Source of the DNA: Micrococcales bacterium | Lineage (GTDB): Bacteria > Actinomycetota > Actinomycetes > S36-B12 > GCA-2699445 | Direction of reading: 5' to 3' | Length of the DNA: 64,000 nt | Assembly: GCA_002699445.1 (NCBI GenBank) | Contig: PAAU01000022.1 | Coordinates: forward strand, 16,827-80,826 | Shown here: in pieces, positions 46,289 to 55,808 of the stretch | Position numbering within the stretch: the stretch's first letter is position 1 | Layout: each line of letters opens with the position of its first letter | The notes under the pieces: model-generated | Told to the model about the DNA's origin: nothing | The model's database searches: none | The model's input: only the letters and a program-made list of their open reading frames with translations | Program-made: the position numbers and the translations under genes

Positions 46289-47086
46289 TTATCCAACTCC
46301 TGAAGCGACGCTTTGGTCTGCGTCTCGATCCCGAGATCTTCTCATGGTTTGCGTGAGAACCGCGTCAAACCTCTCGGCGACCTGACGGCCCCCTTGGCCA
46401 GCCCGATGTATGGGAACGCCCGCTCCTTGAGCTCGTTGGACAGCGGCACGTTCCGGGATCGGTGGCTCCAGCAGCAGTTTCGGGTAAACCTCGCGCAACT
46501 CTTTTAACCGGAAGTCCTGTTCCTTACTCCGCCCGCGAAGACGATTGACCACAATACCGGCAGTAACGAGATCTGGGTTGAGCGCCGAACTCACTATCTG
46601 CGCCGATTCAACGGCTTGTTGAGCTCCGCGCAAGGCGAAATATCCCGCCTCAGTGACGATCAACGCCGACTGGGCCGCAACCAGCCCATTACGGGTCAGC
46701 TCACCCATCGACGGTGGGCAATCCAACACCACCAGGTCATAGTCATGAGTCACCGTATCGAGGCTGCGCCGCAGTCGATAGGCATCATCAACGGTGCCGA
46801 CTGAGTTTCGGTGGCTCAATGCCGCATCCGCGGCAATCACATCGATCTCGCCACCCCAACCAGTCCTCACTATCGCGTCCGCAGCGATACCAGGGCGTCC
46901 GTCGGCCAACACGTCACTGGCCGACAAGGGAATCTCTCGTGGCGCCAGCCACAAAGTCGCGTTCGCCTGAGGGTCGAGATCAATGACGAGGGTTCGTAAC
47001 CCGGCCCGCTGCGCTGAACCCACCAACCCCAGGGCGACAGTGGTCTTTCCGACTCCACCCTTCTGGGAGAGCACTGCAAGCAACAT
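46289..47086 (-). CDS. ParA/Soj-family P-loop ATPase (short, no N-terminal HTH)
   Basis: Deviant Walker A SQKGGVGKTT and the IDLDPQANAT motif. 265 aa. Confidence 0.88.
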   Translation of the reverse strand: MLLAVLSQKGGVGKTTVALGLVGSAQRAGLRTLVIDLDPQANATLWLAPREIPLSASDVLADGRPGIAADAIVRTGWGGEIDVIAADAALSHRNSVGTVDDAYRLRRSLDTVTHDYDLVVLDCPPSMGELTRNGLVAAQSALIVTEAGYFALRGAQQAVESAQIVSSALNPDLVTAGIVVNRLRGRSKEQDFRLKELREVYPKLLLEPPIPERAAVQRAQGAGVPIHRAGQGGRQVAERFDAVLTQTMRRSRDRDADQSVASGVG

Positions 47087-47187
47087 TCACTTAGTGTGCC
47101 ATCTTCGGTCGGCCTGGCCCCGCATTGCCTACCCTGGAGTCTTTGCCGAAAGCAAAGCATGCCATCGGTAGGTACCGCAACAAACGT

Positions 47188-47982
47188 TTAGCGGCGCGGC
47201 AGATAGTCCTGCAGCGCTGCAACTCGAAACCCCTGCCTCTTGATGTCTCGCAAGCCTCGCAGAAGATCCTGATGCAGATTCGGGCGCCAGTGCACCAAGA
47301 TGATGTCGCCCGGAACAAACCTCTGATTTTGGCTGTAAAGGAAAGTACCTTTCCCTCCCTCAGGCATATTGACGCTCCAAAGAACGAGGTAATCGACACC
47401 GCACTTGGCCGCGGCCGCGGCTGTGTCATCGTTGTACTCACCGTAGGGCGGCCGCATCATCCAAGGCTTGGCGCCATACCAAGATCTCAGAGTGCGGGAT
47501 GCCTCACAGATTTGCTGGCGCTGGCTGTTGTAGCTCAAGAACGGTAGTTCTGGATGTGTGACTGTGTGGTTTTGGATGATCTGACCGTCGACCTCGGCGA
47601 TCTGACCGTAAAACTCCGGATCGTGATCCACAAACTCGGTTGTCAGGAATGACGTGACGGGAACTTTCTTTTCTTGCAAAATTTGGGCAGTCGGTGACTC
47701 TTCGTGACCGCCATCATCGATCGTCAGGAAAACCACCCGGTCCTTAGTGTCAATCCGATTCACAGCAGTCGCGCGACCAGGGGTCTGAGCGGGGAGACGA
47801 TAGTTGGCTTCAGGCGATGCCTGCTCGGCCGGGGGCTTTTCAGAGCTCTGCGGGCTCCGGAGAGATTCAGGCGCTTCGTTCTTTGACTCATCACCCGCCA
47901 CCGATGAACTAGTCGGATCTGCGGATGCACAGCCGACAGTCGCGAATATCACCACAGCGGCGGTGAGGGCAAGAACACGCAC
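47188..47982 (-). CDS. Secreted polysaccharide deacetylase (NodB homology domain) lipoprotein
   Basis: Signal/lipobox ATVGCASA. NodB motifs FLTIDDGG and NHTVTHP. Confidence 0.85.
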   Translation of the reverse strand: MRVLALTAAVVIFATVGCASADPTSSSVAGDESKNEAPESLRSPQSSEKPPAEQASPEANYRLPAQTPGRATAVNRIDTKDRVVFLTIDDGGHEESPTAQILQEKKVPVTSFLTTEFVDHDPEFYGQIAEVDGQIIQNHTVTHPELPFLSYNSQRQQICEASRTLRSWYGAKPWMMRPPYGEYNDDTAAAAAKCGVDYLVLWSVNMPEGGKGTFLYSQNQRFVPGDIILVHWRPNLHQDLLRGLRDIKRQGFRVAALQDYLPRR

Positions 47983-48018
47983 TATTTGAGGATAGGTCAG
48001 TACTCCTAAAGACCCGCA

Positions 48019-49368
48019 TCACTGGGTGGCAGCTTTGACCGATTCGTAAATGCGCAGTGCATCTTCTCGTGCTTGCGCGTGGTCGACCATCCGCTCTGGA
48101 TATCCATCGCGGTAACCGTCTGGATGCTTCCACGGTTCGTGAACCGCAGTACCTTCCAGATGACCAAGCTCGGGGACATACTGGCGAACGTAATCGCCAT
48201 TCGGGTCAAATTTCAATCCCTGGAGTACTGGGTTGAACACCCGAAAATAGGGGGCCGCGTCAGTACCTGTACCAGCAGTCCATTGCCATCCCAATGAGTT
48301 GTTGGCGACGTCAGCATCCAGAAGTTGCTGCGAGAAGAAATCTGCACCTTTTCGCCAATGAAGAAGGAGATCCTTGGTGAGAAACGAAGCCACCACCATA
48401 CGGACTCGGTTGTGCATCCACCCCGTCTGCACAAGTTGGCGCATTCCCGCATCTACGAATGGGTAGCCGGTCATTCCAGCGGTCCACCGTTCGTAGGCCC
48501 CGTCTGCCCCTGGACCGGTTTCCCAGGGAATCGCGTCAAAGCGTTGGTCCACATTTTGATTGCGCGCCTGGGGCAGTCGAAACAACACATCACCGTAAAA
48601 GTCACGCCAACACAGTTGACGGATAAACGCCTCACCTTCGGCTTCTCGAGCGGCTGCAACTACCGTGCGGGGGTGCAACTCGCCGAAGTGGAGCGCCGCA
48701 CCCAGGTGGCTCGTGGAATCCTGGTCTGGCCGGTTCCTTTTCGATCCGTAAGCGGTTAATCCTTCGTGAACGAAGGATTGCAGCATCCCTAACGCCTCAT
48801 CTTCACCGGCCCTGGTCTGTTCGTTCGCCTCTGGCAGTGATCCACAGTCGAGGGAATGGTCGAATCGTAAGTCACGCACTTCGATCGGCTCAGGTGTCTG
48901 CCGCCCCAACCATGACTTGTAGTAAGGAGTGAACACGGAGTACCCGGTGCCCGATCCAGTCAACACCTCTCCCGGCGGGTGCAGAAATGGCGAATCAGCG
49001 GGTTCAAACGCGATACCAGCCGCAGTGAGCTCTTCACCCACCCGCTCATCTCGAGCTTTGCCATATGGTGTGAACTCTGCCGAATGCCACACGGTATCCG
49101 CGCTTGCCTCTTCACATATCTGCAGTAACACCTTGTGTGGCTCCCCGGTTCGGACCACCAAACCAGGTCCGCCGAGTTGCCGAATGCTGGAATCCAGCGA
49201 GCGAAGTGACGCTGCCAACCGATCTTGGCGGCGCCGACCGACGGTCGGCCACAGTGCGGAGTCCAAAATAAAGAGCGGAACAATGGGCTCCCCGGCGCCT
49301 CCTGCAGCAGCGAGGCTTCCTTGGTCGTGCACTCGCAGGTCTCTTCGGAACCACACCACTGCTGTCAT
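48019..49368 (-). CDS. phr: Deoxyribodipyrimidine (CPD) photolyase
   Basis: 449-aa ORF with N-terminal WFRRDLRVHDQ and the FAD-binding domain motif TGYPFVDAGMRQL. Confidence 0.92.
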   Translation of the reverse strand: MTAVVWFRRDLRVHDQGSLAAAGGAGEPIVPLFILDSALWPTVGRRRQDRLAASLRSLDSSIRQLGGPGLVVRTGEPHKVLLQICEEASADTVWHSAEFTPYGKARDERVGEELTAAGIAFEPADSPFLHPPGEVLTGSGTGYSVFTPYYKSWLGRQTPEPIEVRDLRFDHSLDCGSLPEANEQTRAGEDEALGMLQSFVHEGLTAYGSKRNRPDQDSTSHLGAALHFGELHPRTVVAAAREAEGEAFIRQLCWRDFYGDVLFRLPQARNQNVDQRFDAIPWETGPGADGAYERWTAGMTGYPFVDAGMRQLVQTGWMHNRVRMVVASFLTKDLLLHWRKGADFFSQQLLDADVANNSLGWQWTAGTGTDAAPYFRVFNPVLQGLKFDPNGDYVRQYVPELGHLEGTAVHEPWKHPDGYRDGYPERMVDHAQAREDALRIYESVKAATQ

Positions 49369-49498
49369 TCCGATACGGTATTAGTTTCACGCTCCCACGG
49401 CACGCCGGGCCAATCACGACAGCAACACGGTCGGGTTCGACTGCACAACTGAGGTCTTAGGGGTCACAATAGGAAATACCACCTATCGAGGAGGGCCG

Positions 49499-50185
49499 AT
49501 GAAGGATCTCATCGACACTACCGAGATGTACCTGCGTACCATCTATGAACTTGACGAGGAAGGAACGCCACCGCTACGAGCCCGAATCGCAGAACGTCTC
49601 TCCCAAAGCGGGCCTACCGTTTCCCAAACGGTAGCTCGAATGGAGCGAGATGGACTCCTACGAGTGCGCAGTGACAGACGTATCGAGTTGAGTGCTAAAG
49701 GCCACCGCCAGGCTGCTCGGGTCATGCGGAAACATCGCATTGCCGAGTGCCTTCTACTCGATCTCCTCAAGGTCGATCCCGACCAGATTCACGAAGAAGC
49801 TTGCCGTTGGGAGCACGTCATGAGCGACGAAGTCGAGCTCAAGGTACTCGATGCGCTTGGCCATCCTGCTGTCTCGCCTTTCGGAAATCCGATCCCGGCG
49901 TTGGATGAACTGGGTGAAGAGACAGTCCTTCCTGAACTGCCGGAGGGTTCCACCAATCTCGCGGCCTTGGCTGGAGAGCAGCCTCAGCAAGCAGTTGTTC
50001 AGCGCATTGACGAGACCGCCCAACTCTTGGTCGGGGCTCAGCAGGCTTTGGTCCTTGCCGGGCTCGCAGCGGGGAGCACAGTCGAGTTCGTGCTCCGTGA
50101 CGACTTCATCGTGATCAATGCTGGCAACGGCGACCAAACAGAGTTGTCTGCAGAGATAGCGCAGCACATAGTAGTCTTACCTTAA
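49499..50185 (+). CDS. ideR: Iron-dependent repressor IdeR/DtxR
   Basis: MKDLIDTTEMYLRTIYELDEEG...RMERDGLL...RKHRIAECLL and a C-terminal SH3-like domain. 228 aa. Confidence 0.93.
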   Translation: MKDLIDTTEMYLRTIYELDEEGTPPLRARIAERLSQSGPTVSQTVARMERDGLLRVRSDRRIELSAKGHRQAARVMRKHRIAECLLLDLLKVDPDQIHEEACRWEHVMSDEVELKVLDALGHPAVSPFGNPIPALDELGEETVLPELPEGSTNLAALAGEQPQQAVVQRIDETAQLLVGAQQALVLAGLAAGSTVEFVLRDDFIVINAGNGDQTELSAEIAQHIVVLP

Positions 50186-50239
50186 TAGTTAGCGGCTGTC
50201 GTGAGCTGGGAGCTCCCCGAGTCGGCGGAAGGTGGGCAT

Positions 50240-50509
50240 ATGCAGATCGATGATCCTTGCCGACGCGAGGTACTCACTCGACTGCAACGGGTCAAAGGCC
50301 AGGTAAACGGCATTCTTAACATGATCGAAGAGGGTCGAGAGTGCTCCGAAGTACTCACTCAACTGTCTGCAGCATCGCACGCAATCGATCGGGCGGGGCT
50401 ACGGATCATCAGCGAGGGATTGAACCAGCACGCGATAGCAACCGCCGCTGGAGAAGAGCCGCCAATGACTCGCGAAGAACTTGAAAAGCTATTTCTGAGT
50501 CTCGCCTGA
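50240..50509 (+). CDS. CsoR/RcnR-family metal-sensitive transcriptional repressor (effector unknown)
   Basis: 89 aa from ATG 50240 (GGAAGGTGG upstream). The DUF156 pattern LTRLQRVKGQVNGILNMIEEGRECSEVLTQLSAASHAIDRAG is present. The canonical C-H-C ligand set seems incomplete. Confidence 0.75.
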   Translation: MQIDDPCRREVLTRLQRVKGQVNGILNMIEEGRECSEVLTQLSAASHAIDRAGLRIISEGLNQHAIATAAGEEPPMTREELEKLFLSLA

Positions 50510-50525
50510 CTCAGTTTCCAACCTT

Positions 50526-51314
50526 ATGTCCGATCTCCTCCCCGCCAAAGAAGTTGACGTTCCCGATCCCATCTGTGCGGCTGCCGTCGACATCGCTTTG
50601 TCTGCCGTCATTCAAGATGCGGGTCCCGAAGCGGTAGCGGGTCACATAGGCGTTCACGCTGAAGAAGATCGTCTGGTTTCCCATCGCTTCCGTTGCACAC
50701 TTCCCGGCTACCAGGGCTGGGAATGGCAAGTCACGGTCACCCGCGCCCCCAGAGCTCGCAACATAACTGTCGACGAAGTCTCCCTCATGCCCGGCGCTAA
50801 CGCACTCCTCGCTCCAGCCTGGGTTCCGTGGGCGGAGCGTCTTGAGCCAGGAGATTTATCTCCGGGTTCGGTGGCACCGACCGATCCGGACGATCCGCGA
50901 TTGGCAGTGGGATGGTCGGGAGAAGACGATCTGGCCGCAGAGCTAGATCCTGGTCCACTCCACCCGGTGAACTGGGAGCCTTACCTACAGCGTCGTCGCG
51001 TTCCTTCTGCGTACGGGCGTGCCTCAGCGGCAAATCGGTGGGCCAGGGGCCCGGGAGGTCCTAATACAGCCGAGGCTCGCTCGGCTCCCGCTCAGTGCAT
51101 TAGTTGTGGTTGGCTACTCACTATCGGCGGCCCCATGGGGCAAGCCTTCGGTGTCTGCACAAATACAATATCGAGTTCGGACGGTCAGGTTGTTTCCTTC
51201 GAGCACGGTTGTGGGGCGCATTCCGAGGCTGTCACTCGAACTGTTCACGCCGGTCCACCACCCGCGGCACTTGATGAAGTGACCGTCGACGATTTCGATC
51301 TCGGTCCCACATAG
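50526..51314 (+). CDS. DUF3027 domain protein
   Basis: 262-aa ORF with a C-terminal Cys/His cluster (CISCGW...GVCTN...HGCGAHSE) typical of actinobacterial DUF3027. Confidence 0.65.
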   Translation: MSDLLPAKEVDVPDPICAAAVDIALSAVIQDAGPEAVAGHIGVHAEEDRLVSHRFRCTLPGYQGWEWQVTVTRAPRARNITVDEVSLMPGANALLAPAWVPWAERLEPGDLSPGSVAPTDPDDPRLAVGWSGEDDLAAELDPGPLHPVNWEPYLQRRRVPSAYGRASAANRWARGPGGPNTAEARSAPAQCISCGWLLTIGGPMGQAFGVCTNTISSSDGQVVSFEHGCGAHSEAVTRTVHAGPPPAALDEVTVDDFDLGPT

Positions 51315-51378
51315 ACCAGGCACCAGAAAACTCTGCATTCAAGGCCAGGTAACCTGAATCGGGGATTCAGGAGGGTGA

Positions 51379-51825
51379 ATGAAGAAGACCATTGGTCTCG
51401 TTGTCGGGCTTGTCCTTGCAGGTGCAGGCATCACCGGTTGCGAAAAGCCACCGCCAGCCATCTCGGTCTGGAGCGGTAGTGACAGCGTCAATGTCAAAGC
51501 CCAATGCTGGTCCTTCGAAGACGCCGGTCTTGACGCCCGAAACTGCGCCCAAGACATCCTCCAAGGGACCCGGACGGACGGTCTGCCATCACTGCCGACC
51601 CAGCCGGGAAATACTTTTGGCATCAGCGTCGACCCGGACGTTGCCGAGTCTGGATGGCAGATTCGCGTTAATGGTCAGTCACTTACACCCGAGCCACTCG
51701 ACACGAACTACTTTCGCGCCGCGTACGCTGCCCCCGCTCAACCGATAGTTCTGCAGGTTGTCGCGGGAGGGCTCGGCGAGATTCGAGGCGTTTGGCTTCT
51801 CGAACTCGACCCCACCGCCGGTTAG
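51379..51825 (+). CDS. DUF2771 lipoprotein
   Basis: 148-aa ORF with a lipobox (AGITGCEK) and two conserved Cys residues. GGAGGG RBS. Confidence 0.65.
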   Translation: MKKTIGLVVGLVLAGAGITGCEKPPPAISVWSGSDSVNVKAQCWSFEDAGLDARNCAQDILQGTRTDGLPSLPTQPGNTFGISVDPDVAESGWQIRVNGQSLTPEPLDTNYFRAAYAAPAQPIVLQVVAGGLGEIRGVWLLELDPTAG

Positions 51826-51848
51826 GGGTCTAGGCAGCGCCTCACTAC

Positions 51849-52232
51849 CTAGGGATCCAGCTCGTCCGCTACCCGACGCAGAATAGTTGCTATTCGCTTA
51901 GATGTTGCGTCGTCGGGGTAGCTGCCCTTGTAGAGCCGCTCAGCGGCATCGTCCAACTGTTTTGCGACATCTTGAACGATCCCGGCAAACTCTTCGGGCT
52001 TGCGTCGTTTAGCCTTCACTACGGAGGGCGGAGTCTCGAGCACCTTCACTGAAAGAGCTTGGCGGCCTTTGCGGCCCTCAGCGACGCTGAAGTCGACTTT
52101 TGTTCCAGGCCTTACGTCTGTTGTTCCCGCAGGCATTGCAGAGATATGAACGAAGACATCCTCGTCTTCATCGGTACTGATGAAGCCGAAACCCTTCTCA
52201 GCATTAAAAAACCTGACGCGGCCGGTAGGCAC
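51849..52232 (-). CDS. Cold-shock domain protein with C-terminal extension (CspB-like)
   Basis: GTG 52232 is preceded by GGAGG at 5-nt spacing and gives MPTGRVRFFNAEKGFGFIS (RNP1 motif). 127 aa. Confidence 0.85.
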   Translation of the reverse strand: MPTGRVRFFNAEKGFGFISTDEDEDVFVHISAMPAGTTDVRPGTKVDFSVAEGRKGRQALSVKVLETPPSVVKAKRRKPEEFAGIVQDVAKQLDDAAERLYKGSYPDDATSKRIATILRRVADELDP

Positions 52233-52280
52233 GAGAACCTCCATAGTCCCAGCGACACCGTTTGCACCGCTCCTTCCAGG

Positions 52281-53174
52281 CTAGTCCACGAAGGGAAGGT
52301 TCCAACTAGAGACTCCCGAACCCAGCCTGATTTGCTGCTCTGGCAACAAATCAGAATTCATAGAGCCACTGCGAAAGCCTCGCGGATCAATCTCGGCAGT
52401 GGAAAAGCCAGCCTCCAGCACAGCCGTAACGACGGTCGGCTCTGCTATGGCCTCAGCCACAACGGAATAATCAACCTCAATTAGTGCCGAGTCACCACGA
52501 TCTCGAACTCGCAGATTCGTACTCGTAATACCCGCCCGGCCTAGCGCAGCACGTACAGCGACCTCAGCACGATCAATACGACGAAGCCGCTCCTCATCTA
52601 CGGATACGCCATAGGCAATCCGGCTGGCCAAGCAGGCTGCTTGTGGCTTGTCCCACGTGGAGAGGCCCCATAGCCGCGATGCTTCCCGGACCTCCGTCTT
52701 GCTGAAGCCCGCATCCGCCAGCGGCGTCACGATTTTTCTTTCCTGCGCCGCCAGCAGCCCTGGACGATGTTCTTGAGCTACATCATCGGCGTTCGTACCG
52801 GTAGCTACCGTTGCAAGATCTCGCTGCTGGGCTACATCCACCAGAATATCTAGTAACTCTGACTTGCAGTGATAACACCGATCCGGGCCATTTGCCCGAT
52901 AGCCTTCCCGGTCTAACTCACGGGAATCTATTCGGATGTGCTCCACGCCAAGATTTCTGGCGAATTTGGAGGCCGCCGCCCATTCACCCGAAGCTAGCGA
53001 AGCACTTGTCGATGTCGCTGCAAGAACTTCGGCCTCTGATCGAGCAGCTGCAGCCAAGAGGAAAGCAGAGTCTGCACCTCCGCTAAACGCGACGAGGATC
53101 CCCCGATAGCCCCCCAATTGCTCAGTCAAGTCCGTGAGACGTTGCCGCAGCGACATCTCCGGCGGACTAGTCAT
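52281..53174 (-). CDS. PP-loop ATP-utilising enzyme, LarE-like sulfur transferase family
   Basis: PP-loop [10 protein letters not shown] and the conserved CLASR motif ([12 protein letters not shown]). 4-nt overlap with the gpmA stop. Confidence 0.7.
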   Translation of the reverse strand: MTSPPEMSLRQRLTDLTEQLGGYRGILVAFSGGADSAFLLAAAARSEAEVLAATSTSASLASGEWAAASKFARNLGVEHIRIDSRELDREGYRANGPDRCYHCKSELLDILVDVAQQRDLATVATGTNADDVAQEHRPGLLAAQERKIVTPLADAGFSKTEVREASRLWGLSTWDKPQAACLASRIAYGVSVDEERLRRIDRAEVAVRAALGRAGITSTNLRVRDRGDSALIEVDYSVVAEAIAEPTVVTAVLEAGFSTAEIDPRGFRSGSMNSDLLPEQQIRLGSGVSSWNLPFVD

Positions 53175-53929
53175 TGCTTTCCCTGAGCGGCCACCGCGGC
53201 AGCAGCAGTCGCTGCCGCCGATGGGTCGAGATACTCACCGCCGGCGACCACCGGACGCAACTGCTGATCGAGGCGGTAGACCAACGGGATGCCAGTTGGG
53301 ATGTTCAACCCGACAATGTCATCCTCCGAAATCCCGTCCAGATGTTTAACTAACGCCCGCAGCGAGTTCCCGTGCGCGGTGATCAGGACAGTCTTGCTGT
53401 CTCTGAGATCTGGAACCACGGCGTCATACCAATAGGGCAACATTCTGTGGACGACATCAGCTAGACATTCAGTGGCCGGCAGCTCTTCCGGAGCCAACCG
53501 GGCATACCGGGGATCAGAATTTTGCGACCAAGGGTCATCTAGATCGATTGGGGGTGGCGGGACGTCGTACGAACGACGCCACTCCATGAACTGCTGCTCA
53601 CCATACTTTTCAAGAGTCTCTGCCTTGTTTTTTCCCTGTAGTGCTCCATAGTGGCGCTCGTTCAGTCGCCAATGTCGCCGTACCGGAATCCATGAGCGTT
53701 CAGCCGCATGCAAAGCGATCTCCGAGGTTCTAATCGCCCGACGGAGTAGAGAGGTATGCAGCACATCGGGATGCAAGTCATGCTCTGCGAGAAGTACACC
53801 ACCCCGTTCCGCTTCTTCGCGACCCGTCTCGGTGAGATCAACGTCCACCCACCCGGTGAAGAGGTTCTTGGCGTTCCAATCGCTTTGACCATGTCGCAAC
53901 AGGATGAGGGTCGTCTGTGGGGTGTGCAT
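53171..53929 (-). CDS. gpmA: 2,3-bisphosphoglycerate-dependent phosphoglycerate mutase
   Basis: [30 protein letters not shown] (RHG motif). Starting at 53929 avoids an overlap with the ybjN-like gene. Confidence 0.92.
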   Translation of the reverse strand: MHTPQTTLILLRHGQSDWNAKNLFTGWVDVDLTETGREEAERGGVLLAEHDLHPDVLHTSLLRRAIRTSEIALHAAERSWIPVRRHWRLNERHYGALQGKNKAETLEKYGEQQFMEWRRSYDVPPPPIDLDDPWSQNSDPRYARLAPEELPATECLADVVHRMLPYWYDAVVPDLRDSKTVLITAHGNSLRALVKHLDGISEDDIVGLNIPTGIPLVYRLDQQLRPVVAGGEYLDPSAAATAAAAVAAQGKQ

Positions 53930-53933
53930 GGCT

Positions 53934-54479
53934 CTATGGTGCCGCAGGTCCATCAGGCTTGTCCGACCGCTCCCCTACCGGTTCTTCATCGCTTTCACCA
54001 TTGGGCGCCAAATGCGTAAACGCTGCGAGATTAGTCGTCGGCTCGCCTCTGCTGAGCCGCCATCGCCACTCGCGTTCAATCGCAGAGCGAAACCCACGCT
54101 CCAGAATCGCATTGAAGTCGCCATCCGCATGTTTCAGAATCGTTCCCAAGACCTGATCTATCGATTCGGCCGAAATCGATGCGTTGGGTAATCGAGCCGT
54201 GAGATAGATATCGCCAAGATGATCTACGCAATAATGCGCTGCACCCATCCGACGGTTCTGTTCCAAGAGCCATCCGTATACCTCGTCGAGGTTCTCGTCC
54301 GGATGGCGAGCAACGAAAGCATCAAGCACCACGCTATGCGCTCCAGCCCGAATGGACACAGTGGTAAACAGCTTTCGTTCGCCTGGCAGTTGCACCACTA
54401 ACAGATCTTCTCGGGGTTGCTCCGCTTCCAAATCAGCCTCATCTAGGAAGCCCTTGATCTGATCTACCGTATTCATCAC
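53934..54479 (-). CDS. YbjN-domain protein (chaperone-like, unknown function)
   Basis: 181-aa ORF located between mshA and gpmA, like the conserved hypothetical gene in mycobacteria. The YbjN-like pattern is recognised only weakly. Confidence 0.55.
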   Translation of the reverse strand: MMNTVDQIKGFLDEADLEAEQPREDLLVVQLPGERKLFTTVSIRAGAHSVVLDAFVARHPDENLDEVYGWLLEQNRRMGAAHYCVDHLGDIYLTARLPNASISAESIDQVLGTILKHADGDFNAILERGFRSAIEREWRWRLSRGEPTTNLAAFTHLAPNGESDEEPVGERSDKPDGPAAP

Positions 54480-54481
54480 GA

Positions 54482-55753
54482 TCAGTGTGCCGCTTGCAAC
54501 TCTGGAACGCGATGTCTAGCACCCCGATAGGCCGACATGGTGGCGGCCGCGGTGAACTGCCAATCAAATGCAGCAGCATGCCGGGGACCACTTGCCGCAA
54601 ACTCAGCCAAGAGTCGCGGTTGGCCCAACAGTGTGGCGAGAGTCTCCGCCCATATGCGTGGCTCATGACTCGGAATCAAGACCCCACCGCGGCCATCAGC
54701 AACCGAAGTCGTGAGGCCTCCCACCGCCGCAGCTACGACGGGCGTCCCACTAGCCTGTGCCTCCAGGGCTACCAATCCGAAAGACTCCGAGTGCGAGGGC
54801 ACTGCAACGAGGTCAGCCGCACGATAGAGCTCAGCGAGCTGGTTGGCGGGTAGTGGACCGCGAAAGTCCACCACATCATTTACGCCTAGCTCGGCAGCCA
54901 ACCGACGCAGGTCAGATGGGTAGTCCGCCGCGGCGCCGGAGGCACCGCCACACAGCACTAGCTGTAGTTCCTCCCTAAGCTGGGGTTGCTTTTCCACCAT
55001 GAGATGCACGGCCCGAATAAGAACATCCGGCGCTTTGAGTGGTTGTAATCGACCCACAAAGAGCAGTACTCGTCGGTGTGGCGATAGCCCCGTCCGATAA
55101 CGAGCCTTCGCTTTATCTCCAGGACGGAACAGCTCCAAGTCCACGCCGGGAGGAACGACTCGGATCCGATTAGGATCTGCATCGTAAAGTTCAATAAGGT
55201 CGCGGCGCTCATATTCGGTATTGGCTAACAGCGTGTCTGCAGCGGCGACTAGATGCCGCTCACTGTCTAGGCGCGACTGCGGTTCAAGATGATCTCCGGG
55301 GGCCAGTTGGCGATTCTTGACATGCCCAAGAGTATGCATGGTGTGCACCAATGGTACGGACCATTCATCGGCCGCTTGTAATCCAGCTAGACCCGAGATC
55401 CAGTAGTGGCTGTGCACTAAGTCGTAACTGCACTGGGGATCGCTCGCCGATAGGGCAATCATGGCGCTAGCGAAGTCGGTGGCCTGAGCCGGCAACTGCT
55501 CTTTAGTCAACGAGCGCATATTCTCGTCACCCACAGGTAGGACGCGAACACCGTCACCTAAGCGGCCGGAACGGTCCCCAGTTTGCCCCCCAGCGCGGGT
55601 GAAAATGTCTACGGCAGTCCCGGTCGCGGCGATTCTGCGGGCGGTCTCCGCTAGATGCACGTTGAGCCCACCGGCGTCACCACTCCCAGGCATGTCCAAG
55701 GGAGACGTATGCATACTCACCATGGCAACACGCGACGGTTGCTCGATACTCAT
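54482..55753 (-). CDS. mshA: D-inositol-3-phosphate glycosyltransferase (mycothiol biosynthesis)
   Basis: 423-aa GT4 enzyme. N-terminus VAMVSMHTSPLDMPGSGDAGGLNV matches the MshA signature. A SigH-type promoter lies 29 nt upstream. Confidence 0.9.
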   Translation of the reverse strand: MSIEQPSRVAMVSMHTSPLDMPGSGDAGGLNVHLAETARRIAATGTAVDIFTRAGGQTGDRSGRLGDGVRVLPVGDENMRSLTKEQLPAQATDFASAMIALSASDPQCSYDLVHSHYWISGLAGLQAADEWSVPLVHTMHTLGHVKNRQLAPGDHLEPQSRLDSERHLVAAADTLLANTEYERRDLIELYDADPNRIRVVPPGVDLELFRPGDKAKARYRTGLSPHRRVLLFVGRLQPLKAPDVLIRAVHLMVEKQPQLREELQLVLCGGASGAAADYPSDLRRLAAELGVNDVVDFRGPLPANQLAELYRAADLVAVPSHSESFGLVALEAQASGTPVVAAAVGGLTTSVADGRGGVLIPSHEPRIWAETLATLLGQPRLLAEFAASGPRHAAAFDWQFTAAATMSAYRGARHRVPELQAAH

Positions 55754-55782
55754 AGGTGCGAGTCCTCTCTGCCACTGACCAA

Positions 55783-55808
55783 AACGCCTTAGCCGCTAAC
55801 GACATTCC
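55783..55808 (-). promoter_or_regulatory. SigH/SigR-type promoter (GGAAT-N18-GTT) driving mshA
   Basis: The minus strand reads GGGAATGtcgttagcggctaaggCGTT. It lies in the 68-bp gap between the phoU stop and the mshA start. mshA is a known sigmaR target in Streptomyces. Confidence 0.75.
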
